59,148 bases of DNA from an uncultured Clostridia bacterium (GTDB taxonomy: Bacteria; Bacillota; Clostridia; TANB77; CAG-508): assembly GCA_947623725.1 (NCBI GenBank), contig CANQHI010000005.1, forward strand, positions 1-59,148. Reading direction: 5' to 3'. The translations under genes and the position numbers were made by a program. The notes beneath the pieces were generated by a model. It was given only the letters and a program-made list of their open reading frames with translations. It was not told where the DNA came from and searched no databases. Shown here in pieces: positions 8,843-17,040 of this stretch; the stretch's first letter is position 1, and each line of letters starts with the position of its first letter.

Positions 8843-9039
8843 TTTTTATTAATTAAAAAGCTTAATAAAAAAACTATAAATCTTATAACTCAACTTTTTC
8901 AATGAGTTTATAAAATTTATAGTTTTTTATTTGTTATTAAATTGTAATAATTTTATTTTTCTAAAATCTTGTTAAAATATTATATTTATGATAAATTTTA
9001 TTTATATTCATTTTTATTAAGCTTTTTAATTAATTATAA
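8843..9039. promoter_or_regulatory. Putative invertible segment (switch L1) bounded by inverted arm-core-arm sites
   Basis: Site 8843-8871 is TTTTTATTAA/TTAAAAAGC/TTAATAAAAA. Site 9011-9039 is TTTTTATTAA/GCTTTTTAA/TTAATTATAA. They form a 24-nt perfect inverted repeat. The interior holds hairpin 8868-8928 and the promoter-like TTGTTA-17-TAAATT (8969-8997, + strand). Confidence 0.55.
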
Positions 9040-9065
9040 TATATTTATTTATCTATTTTTATCAA

Positions 9066-10320
9066 TTAATTATCTACTACTAGCTTAAAACTAACAACAC
9101 CATCTGTTTCATTTTTTTCTAATCTATAACCACTTGATGTCAAATCAATAGAAACCATTGGTCGAAGTGAATTTTGTGCACCAACTTCATATCCGATGTG
9201 CAGTACATACATTCGCACCTGCAACTCGATATGCATCAGTAAAATAGAATACAGCTTGTAATCCAAAGTCACAATTATCATCATATAAATGAACATAACG
9301 CCCTGCCAAGTAATAACTAACACCAAAATAATCTAAACCATCCTCTTTTTTTAATAACAAATCATAATATTTAGGATTTATAAATTCACTTTGTCTATTA
9401 AGATAATCATGTCCATAGAATGATTCTCTAAATGTTAAATTACTATTTCCCGTTTCATTATTAGTTTTATATCCATTCTCTTGTTCCCACATCAGGCATT
9501 CTTTATCACTTCCATTCTCTGTACCATCAACCTCATTATATTCATACATCCATTTTGAATCATATTCTTCCCACATTTTAGGATATTTTAGACTTGTATA
9601 TGTTGTTTTACTTCCTCCAAAATGCATCTTTCCTTCATCATTTTCAAACCAACCACTAGGATCATACTTATATTTTCTATAATCATAATTGCTTACCTTT
9701 TGTATATCACTTCTTCTTAAATTTGCTACACTTATTCCATTTTTCATTTTACCATTTTCATCATATTGTCCATAACATTGTCTACATATCTCATTTATTG
9801 CCCATACGCCATTATTATATCCTGTTGCTCCTCTTAATGTTAAGGTTTCATTTGTTGGTCTACTTGATATTAATCTTATTGTCTTTGTATATTTATTATA
9901 ATCCCAGATTCTCCAATCCAAGTCTTCTGTTGTAAATTTTTGATCTCCATTTTCTTCTGCATTTACAATTGTATTACCATCATTATCTTGTTGTGAAGTT
10001 AATCCTGATGTTATACTTTTTATTATAAATGAACTGGTATCATTTTTTTCTATTGGTTCATATCCTTCTACATAACATCCTACATAGTCATTATAATCTA
10101 TTGATATCTCATCTAACTCTTCTGCTATACTATCCAATGCTAATTGTTCTTGTTTTTCTGACTCTTGATATTCTTTTACTGCCTTTTTTGCCATTTTAAA
10201 CAATCCATTTTGCCCTAATGCTGTAGTTAAAGTTACTCCTGCTAGAATCAATAATAATATTATTGTTATTACCAAAGCTACCAATGTAATACCTTTTTCT
10301 TTATAATTTACTTTTCTCAT
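9066..10320 (-). pseudogene. Pilin-like-anchored protein, paralog 2, frame broken near 9193-9195
   Basis: Same N-terminus (MRKVNYKEKGITLVALVITIILLLILAGVTLTTALGQNGLF). Frame A stops at 9187. Frame B (9066..9326) supplies the family C-terminus ...NSLRPMVSIDLTSSGYRLEK..., which matches paralog 3. Removing one base at CAT-CGG-ATA joins them. Confidence 0.7.
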
Positions 10321-10346
10321 CCTTTGCACCTCTAACTTCATTAATT

Positions 10347-10567
10347 TTTTTATTAATCTAAAAACTTAATAAAAAAAATAATTAAACATTTATAGACCTT
10401 GTATTATAGATTCGAAGCTAGAATCCAGTTAAATTTTTTATAAAAATTTAACTAAAATTTTGGTCAATAAAGTTTAATTATTTTTTATTTTATACTTGTT
10501 TAAATATTTATGTTATGATAATATTCTTATATATAAAATTTTTATTAAGTTTTTAGATTAATAATTT
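10347..10567. promoter_or_regulatory. Putative invertible segment (switch L2)
   Basis: Site 10347-10375 is TTTTTATTAA/TCTAAAAAC/TTAATAAAAA. Site 10539-10567 is TTTTTATTAA/GTTTTTAGA/TTAATAATTT. They form a 26-nt perfect inverted repeat. Promoter-like TTGTTT-17-TAATAT with TGn lies at 10496-10524 (+). Confidence 0.55.
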
Positions 10568-10968
10568 TATGGTGCCGGATTAATTTTTATTTCTTTAGGC
10601 TTTATTTTTTTTACATTTTTAGATAATTCATATGTTTGATTCTCATTCCATCTCATAACTTTTATATTTTTATAAATATCAAGTACTTCTTGATACTTAT
10701 CGCGTTCTTCTTCCCAAACTGAATCTGGAATTTTATCAAAAGCATCAAACATTTTTTCAGCTTCTGCTAAATATATCACTTGTTCTTGTGGAGACATTTT
10801 GTCATATTTTTTTGCAAATTCTGCAAGATTATCTAGACTAGCATTTGCTTTAATAAATGTAAAAAAATCTTTAACTTTAATGCCAGCCATTTGTATTTGC
10901 ATAACAGCCATTACAATTAAAATAACTATGAAAATTAATAATAAAAATATTATTGCTAAAATAGTCAT
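10567..10968 (-). CDS. Hypothetical N-terminally anchored protein
   Basis: 133-aa ORF with a hydrophobic N-terminus. No recognisable family. Confidence 0.5.
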   Translation of the reverse strand: MTILAIIFLLLIFIVILIVMAVMQIQMAGIKVKDFFTFIKANASLDNLAEFAKKYDKMSPQEQVIYLAEAEKMFDAFDKIPDSVWEEERDKYQEVLDIYKNIKVMRWNENQTYELSKNVKKIKPKEIKINPAP

Positions 10969-11064
10969 TTATCTTTTGTTACTCCTCACATTCAAAATTA
11001 TACAAATTTATTATAGCATTAGATTAATTTAATAGCAAGTATTTTTTCTTTACTCATAAATGAC

Positions 11065-11092
11065 AGAAAAGGCACCACCTATTAGTGATGCC
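11065..11092 (-). terminator. Probable terminator after the lipoprotein gene
   Basis: Minus strand has GGCATCACT-aatag-GGTGGTGCC (with G-U pairs) followed by TTTTC. Confidence 0.45.
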
Positions 11093-11123
11093 TCTTCCTT
11101 TTTTATGCACTTTGAAAAAAATA

Positions 11124-12026
11124 TTATACTTCATTTGCTTCTTCATAATACCTTACAATTGATGTCAAATATCCGTCGTATGTTCTTCCTTCTTCCTCCA
11201 CACTATTATATATTTGGGTTGAATATAATATTCCTTCTTCTTCATCTATCCAACACTGCTTAACATGTTCATCTACAAATTGTATATCCGACATGTTATA
11301 ATCTTTAAAAACGTATAACTCTCCCGGATCAGTTCTTTCTAAAGATGAATGATATTGTAAAAATAGTCCATCATGCACATCATCATATAATAGTAAAAGG
11401 TATGCTAAATCTGTTGGATCATAATTATAGCCTAAATCTTTTATTTTTTCTGGAATTAATTCATTTCCTTGTAAATCAATCCTTTCTCCTCTTAAATATT
11501 TCACTAACTTACAATTCTGTATTATATATGTCCCTTCGCCTGGAATATATTGATAATTTTTTGAATTTATATTATTTTCATTATTTGAAAAAAAATCCAT
11601 ATCACTTGGTAAATCCAAATTATCCTTGTTATAGTAATTTCCATCAATCAATATATATCCACATAATACTTCATCAGATGCTTCTAACTCAATAGTATGT
11701 TTTTTATATATAGTTTTCTTACCATCCCATTTGCCAGACATATACAGTTCTTTTACTTCATCGTAAATTTCTTTAAAAGGAGTTTTTACTCCGCTACTTT
11801 CTCCATCTACAAATATCACTCCTTTACTACATGTTATTTTATTCAGACCGATATGTTTAACAACATCATGTTCGTCACCTTCTGACACATTTTCAAAATA
11901 TGCAGAAGCTTCTTGTGCAATGGAGACAATATCTTTTTCATTTTCAGTCTCGGATTCGCTTTGTGAAGTGCAGGCTGTTAAAATACAAGCCAAGATAATA
12001 AAACTTAGAAGTAATCTCTTTTTCAT
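11124..12026 (-). CDS. Hypothetical lipoprotein
   Basis: MKKRLLLSFIILACILTAC contains a lipobox (LTAC). The ATG at 12026 is preceded by AAAGGAGAGCAACAAA. Confidence 0.65.
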   Translation of the reverse strand: MKKRLLLSFIILACILTACTSQSESETENEKDIVSIAQEASAYFENVSEGDEHDVVKHIGLNKITCSKGVIFVDGESSGVKTPFKEIYDEVKELYMSGKWDGKKTIYKKHTIELEASDEVLCGYILIDGNYYNKDNLDLPSDMDFFSNNENNINSKNYQYIPGEGTYIIQNCKLVKYLRGERIDLQGNELIPEKIKDLGYNYDPTDLAYLLLLYDDVHDGLFLQYHSSLERTDPGELYVFKDYNMSDIQFVDEHVKQCWIDEEEGILYSTQIYNSVEEEGRTYDGYLTSIVRYYEEANEV

Positions 12027-12254
12027 TTTGTTGCTCTCCTTTTTTGTATTTATTTTTTCAATGTGCATTTTTAGATACTATCCTTAACATATCAAGAATA
12101 GCCTCTAATTTAATGTTTCAAAAAACACTATAATATATTATACTAAAAATTTACTTGTTAGTCAAATATTATGTTAATCTAATATTTTTTCTAAAAATTA
12201 AATATTTTCGAAAAATAATGAGCTAAAAATATAATTTTTAACTCATCATTTTTA

Positions 12255-14690
12255 TTATTTTACAACTATTTCTTCTTCACTTGCTGTGATTTTTGCTTTA
12301 CCTTTTATCTTTTGATCAAGCATTGCTTCAGCAATCTTATCTTCAACCATAGTTTGAATTGCCCTCTTTAATGGTCTTGCACCATAAGAATCATCAGTTC
12401 CTTTTTTAGCAATTAAGTCTTTAGCTTTTTCATCAACTTCTAATTCTATATCTTGATTTTTTAGAAGCTTCTTAACATTTTCAATTAACAAGTCTACTAT
12501 TTTTCTTATTTGCTCATCACTTAATTTATGGAATACTATTGTTTCATCAATACGATTTAAAAATTCTGGTTTAAATTCTTTCTTCAATTCTGCCATAACA
12601 TCTTTTTTAGTATTCTCATATTCTCTATTTCTGTCTGCTTCATCATTATTGCTTGTAAATCCTAGAGTTTTCTTTTCTGTAATTAATCTTGCTCCAACAT
12701 TTGATGTCATTATTACTACTGTATTCTTGAAGCTCACAGTTCTTCCTTGATTGTCCGTTAATCTTCCATCATCTAATAATTGCAAAAGCATATTCATAAC
12801 ATCAGGGTGAGCTTTTTCAATTTCATCAAATAATATTACAGAATATGGTTTTCTTCTAACTTTTTCTGTTAATTGTCCTGCTTCATCATATCCAACATAT
12901 CCTGGAGGAGCACCAATAAGTTTTGCTGTAGAATGAGATTCCATATATTCAGACATATCAATTCTAATCATTGCATCTTCAGTTCCAAATAGACTCTCTG
13001 CTAATGCTTTTGAAAGTTCTGTTTTTCCTACACCTGTTGGTCCTAAGAATAAGAACGAACCAATTGGTTTATTTGGATCTTTTAATCCCATTCTGCTTCT
13101 TTTAATTGCTTTTGCAACTGCCGAAACAGCTTCATCTTGTCCTATTACTCTCTTATGTAGATTTTCTTCTAAGTTCTTTAATTTTTCGTTTTCATTTTCT
13201 GAAACTTTTGTTACTGGAATTCCTGTCCATGATGCAACTACTTCTGCTATATCATCATATTTTAAATATAAGACTTCTTTTGAATTTTTGTCTTCCCACT
13301 CTTTTTTAGCTTTTTCATATTCTTTTTTCAATTTCTTTTGTTCATCACGAAGTTTTGCTGCCTTTTCAAAATCTTGTACTCTAATTGCATCTTCTTTTGA
13401 TTTATCTAATTTTTCTACTTCATCTTTATATTTTTTAAGTTCATCTGGCTCTGTATAATTTCTCATTTTTACTTTAGATGCAGCTTCATCCATTAAATCA
13501 ACTGCTTTATCTGGTAAAAATCTATCATTAATATATCTTGATGAAAGTTCGACTGATGCTTTAATTGCTTCATCTGTAATTTTTACATTATGATGAGCTT
13601 CATATTTATCTCTTAAACCATTTAAAATTTTGATTGTATCTTCTTCTGATGGTTCATCAACTGTAACTTTGCTAAATCTTCTCTCTAATGCTGCATCTTT
13701 TTCAATGTATTTCATATATTCTTTTAAAGTTGTTGCACCAATTAATTGAATTTCTCCCCTTGCTAAAAGTGGTTTTAAAATATTTGCAGCATCAACTGCC
13801 CCTTCTGCAGAACCTGCCCCAACTATTGTATGAATCTCGTCTATAAATAAAATTACATCTTTTGCTTTTTGTACTTCTTTTAATGCTTTCTTTATTCTTT
13901 CTTCAAAATCTCCTCTATATTTTGCACCTGCTACCATACTTGATATATCAATGCTTACAACTCTTTTACCTTTTAATAATTCTGGTACATCATTTGCAAC
14001 TATTCTCTCAGCTAAACCTTCAACAACTGCTGTTTTTCCAACTCCTGGTTCACCAAGTAAACAAGGATTATTTTTTGTTCTTCTAGATAAAATTTGTATA
14101 ACTCTTTGAATCTCATCTAATCTTCCTATAACTGGATCAAGCTTTCCTTCTTCTGCTTGTTTAGTTAAATCTGTTCCATATTGATTTAATGTTGGAGTAG
14201 AATTAAAACTACTACGAGTTTCAACTTTAGTTGTTTGATTCTTATGCTCTTCCTCTTCATTCATTATTTTAATAATGTCATTGTAAAGTTCTTGAGGATT
14301 AGCATTTAACTCTAATAAAATTCTAGCTGCAACACTATCCCCTTCTCTTAAAATTCCAACTAAAATGTGTTCTGTTCCGATATATTCACTTCCAATTCGT
14401 CTTGCTTCTATAAAGGCATTTTCAATTACCTTTTTACTTCTTGGAGTAAATCCAATTTCTTCTGGATCAACTGCTTGTTCTCCAACTCCTAAAATACCTT
14501 CAATTTCTTCTTTTATTTTATCAGAAGTTATATTTTGATTTTCTAAAACTTTGCTTGCAATTCCTGTACCTTCTTCTGCAAGTCCATACAAAATATGTTC
14601 TGACCCAATATAATCATGACCAAATTCTATAGACAAATCTTGTGCTAATTCAAGGGCTTTCTCTGCTCTTGCGGTAAATTTATAATACAT
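12255..14690 (-). CDS. clpC: ATP-dependent Clp protease ATP-binding subunit ClpC
   Basis: Clp N-repeat, two AAA+ modules (GEPGVGKTA and GPTGVGKTE) and a UVR-like linker. Last gene of the ctsR operon. Start chosen at MYYKFTARAEKAL after AAAGGAA. Confidence 0.92.
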   Translation of the reverse strand: MYYKFTARAEKALELAQDLSIEFGHDYIGSEHILYGLAEEGTGIASKVLENQNITSDKIKEEIEGILGVGEQAVDPEEIGFTPRSKKVIENAFIEARRIGSEYIGTEHILVGILREGDSVAARILLELNANPQELYNDIIKIMNEEEEHKNQTTKVETRSSFNSTPTLNQYGTDLTKQAEEGKLDPVIGRLDEIQRVIQILSRRTKNNPCLLGEPGVGKTAVVEGLAERIVANDVPELLKGKRVVSIDISSMVAGAKYRGDFEERIKKALKEVQKAKDVILFIDEIHTIVGAGSAEGAVDAANILKPLLARGEIQLIGATTLKEYMKYIEKDAALERRFSKVTVDEPSEEDTIKILNGLRDKYEAHHNVKITDEAIKASVELSSRYINDRFLPDKAVDLMDEAASKVKMRNYTEPDELKKYKDEVEKLDKSKEDAIRVQDFEKAAKLRDEQKKLKKEYEKAKKEWEDKNSKEVLYLKYDDIAEVVASWTGIPVTKVSENENEKLKNLEENLHKRVIGQDEAVSAVAKAIKRSRMGLKDPNKPIGSFLFLGPTGVGKTELSKALAESLFGTEDAMIRIDMSEYMESHSTAKLIGAPPGYVGYDEAGQLTEKVRRKPYSVILFDEIEKAHPDVMNMLLQLLDDGRLTDNQGRTVSFKNTVVIMTSNVGARLITEKKTLGFTSNNDEADRNREYENTKKDVMAELKKEFKPEFLNRIDETIVFHKLSDEQIRKIVDLLIENVKKLLKNQDIELEVDEKAKDLIAKKGTDDSYGARPLKRAIQTMVEDKIAEAMLDQKIKGKAKITASEEEIVVK

Positions 14691-14726
14691 AATTATCATT
14701 CCTTTCTTTATATAATTCATTAATTA

Positions 14727-14854
14727 AAAGATAAATATAGTTATTTTTTCATGCCTTGTTGTCGCTGAAAAGTGATAAATCACTTTTCGCTCCATTCGCG
14801 GGCTTCGCCCTTGAGCGCTACGCGGCTATTCAAAAATAACTATATTTATCTTTT
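14727..14854. repeat. GC-rich insert flanked by 23-bp perfect inverted repeats in the mcsB-clpC spacer
   Basis: 14727-14749 (aaaagataaatatagttattttt) is the reverse complement of 14832-14854. The interior is far more GC-rich than its surroundings and contains the palindrome GAAAAGTGAT-nn-ATCACTTTTC. Confidence 0.85.
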
Positions 14855-14876
14855 TAATAGCCACAAATTATAACAA

Positions 14877-15893
14877 TTATTTTCCATTTATAATATCTTG
14901 TACAATTTTTGCTCTTTCAATATATTGCTCATATATAGAAAGTTCCTTACCCACTCTTAATTGCAAATTAGCAGGCTTCGTTTGCAAAATTAATTTACTT
15001 ATTTTAGTATCATCTAGTTCTTTTATTATTCCTAAATCAGTTCCTAATTTTACACTTGAAAGTAATTCTCGTGCTTCTTCCTCTGACAGTTTTCTAGCAT
15101 TTGAAAGCACCCCAAAGTCTCTATAAATTTTATCTTCTAAATCAATTCCTTTTTTAGCTAAATATTTTCTTGCTGTTCTTTCCTGTTCTATTACTTTTTG
15201 CGAAATTAATTTTACATTTTTGGTTATTTCTTTTTCTGTTACACCTAAAGTTTGGTTATTTGATATTTGATATAAGTCACCTTCGGGTTTTGAGCCTTCT
15301 CCATACATTCCTCTAATGCTCATTCCTAAGTTATTTACAGCATTTAATACTTTTCTAATATTTTCTGTTAAAGATAAAGCAGTAAGATGTGCTAAAACTG
15401 ATACTTTTAATCCAGTTCCAACATTAGTAGGACAAGCTGTTAAATAACCATATTTTTTGCTAAAACTATATGGAACTAATTCTTCTAGTTTTTGGTCTAT
15501 CTCTATTGCTAAATTCATTAAGTTTTCAAGTTCCATTCCTGAACTAAATACTTGTAGCTTAATGTGGTCTTCTTCATTAACTTCTATACAAATATTTTCT
15601 TCTTCATTAATTATTATTGCTGCATATTTATTTCTACTTTTTGAAAACTCTGGGCTTATGATGTGCTTTTCAACTAAGGCTTGTTTATTTATATTATCTA
15701 AATCATTTAAACTTATAAATTTTAAACCATAACCTATACTTGGTGTTACATCTTTTAATTTATTATATACTGTTTTCAGTTGCTCTTCATTACATTTTTG
15801 CACATAAGGAAGTCCTTCTATATTTCTTGATAATCTTACTCTTGAGCTTATTATTACATCAGAATCTTTTCCATTTTGTAAATACCAATTCAT
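14877..15893 (-). CDS. mcsB: Protein arginine kinase McsB
   Basis: 338 aa, ATP:guanido phosphotransferase-like (LTACPTNVGTGLK, SNNQTLG). Sits between mcsA and clpC. Confidence 0.9.
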   Translation of the reverse strand: MNWYLQNGKDSDVIISSRVRLSRNIEGLPYVQKCNEEQLKTVYNKLKDVTPSIGYGLKFISLNDLDNINKQALVEKHIISPEFSKSRNKYAAIIINEEENICIEVNEEDHIKLQVFSSGMELENLMNLAIEIDQKLEELVPYSFSKKYGYLTACPTNVGTGLKVSVLAHLTALSLTENIRKVLNAVNNLGMSIRGMYGEGSKPEGDLYQISNNQTLGVTEKEITKNVKLISQKVIEQERTARKYLAKKGIDLEDKIYRDFGVLSNARKLSEEEARELLSSVKLGTDLGIIKELDDTKISKLILQTKPANLQLRVGKELSIYEQYIERAKIVQDIINGK

Positions 15894-16432
15894 TACTTAT
15901 TCATCTCCTTTATTTCATCTCTTATTTTAGCTGCATCTTCATATCTTTCTTCTTTTATAGCTTTCTCTAATTCTTTTTCTAATCTTTCTTTTTTGTTTTC
16001 ATTTTGGTCTTGTTTATTTGAATCTTCTTTCTTATTTTCTTCTACTTTTATTTTTTCTGCTTTTCCATTTGGCCCTCTACCTATATGTTTTGCTGTACCA
16101 TGTAAATTTTTAAGTAATGAATCTATTGGACTTGAAAATACATCATAACAATCGCTACATCCAAACATTCCTGTATCTATGAAATCATTATATGTCATTC
16201 CACAAGTTTTGCACTTTAGTTCATTTGTTTGTAACATTGGCAAAAACTCTGTTTCTGCATAATCATTAAAGAAATCTCCTAAAAAGCTATTGAAACTTAT
16301 AGGCATTTCTAAGTTTTCCATTCCTAATTTTTTTGCACAACTACTACAAAGTGCAATTTCCTTTTTTACTCCATTTATAATCTGAGTATATCTAATATTG
16401 GCTTCATTTTTTCCACAATTTTGACACAACAT
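15893..16432 (-). CDS. mcsA: McsA (zinc-finger and UVR-motif activator of McsB)
   Basis: N-terminal CxxC pairs (CQNCG...CSSC, CKTCG...CSDC) and a C-terminal UVR-like EERYEDAAKIRDEI. Operon position fits. Confidence 0.85.
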   Translation of the reverse strand: MLCQNCGKNEANIRYTQIINGVKKEIALCSSCAKKLGMENLEMPISFNSFLGDFFNDYAETEFLPMLQTNELKCKTCGMTYNDFIDTGMFGCSDCYDVFSSPIDSLLKNLHGTAKHIGRGPNGKAEKIKVEENKKEDSNKQDQNENKKERLEKELEKAIKEERYEDAAKIRDEIKEMNK

Positions 16433-16523
16433 TTTTTGTTCCTCCTTAAAAAATTTATAATTTTAAGCTTGCATAATATTTAATTTATATTTATTGTCTG
16501 TTATTGTCCAAAATAACTATTTT

Positions 16524-16967
16524 TTATACTAAATTGATTAGCATATTTTTAAATATTTTTGCTCTTAGCTCATCTTTATTATCTTTTACTGAGCTAAGTA
16601 CTTTATCATTAGTTGCTCCTTTAATTAACTTTGCTATTTTTTCATCTATGATGTTATAGTCAAGAAAGTTATTTACAAAAATGTCAACTTCTTTTGCACT
16701 CACTCTATCTCCTATACTTGTTATAATATGCATTAAATAGTCACTGTGAGTAAGATTTACTTTTTTTATTTTAATGTAACCTCCACCTCCTCTTTGGCTT
16801 TCTACATAATAACCATGTATTGGTGTAAATCTTGTTGATATTACATAGTTTATTTGAGATGGCACACAATTAAAATGTTCTGCTAAATCATTTCTTTGTA
16901 TTACTGCTTGATTATCTTCATCTAACATATCTTTTATAAATTCTTCTATTATGTCTGATATTCTCAT
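16524..16967 (-). CDS. ctsR: Class III stress-gene repressor CtsR
   Basis: MRISDIIEEFIKDML...VESQRGGGGYIKI is the characteristic CtsR glycine loop. First gene of the operon. Confidence 0.9.
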   Translation of the reverse strand: MRISDIIEEFIKDMLDEDNQAVIQRNDLAEHFNCVPSQINYVISTRFTPIHGYYVESQRGGGGYIKIKKVNLTHSDYLMHIITSIGDRVSAKEVDIFVNNFLDYNIIDEKIAKLIKGATNDKVLSSVKDNKDELRAKIFKNMLINLV

Positions 16968-17040
16968 ATATTTTTCTTTGATATATTCGATATTAAATGG
17001 TTTTAGGTATTTAATATTGAAATAATCATTCTCTCCTTTC

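Noticed and set aside
8843-9039. The four inverted-repeat elements as copies of a MITE or other small transposon.
   Set aside because: The repeat cores differ between loci but are complementary within each locus. The elements always occupy the same position relative to paralogous genes, so they were duplicated with the genes rather than inserted. I saw no target-site duplication. A purely structural RNA or DNA stem role is not excluded.
16968-17040. A short upstream ORF (MIISILNT) with a good SD (GGAGAG) in the ctsR leader.
   Set aside because: It has only 8 codons, conservation cannot be assessed here, and the SD may belong to leader structure. Noted but not called.
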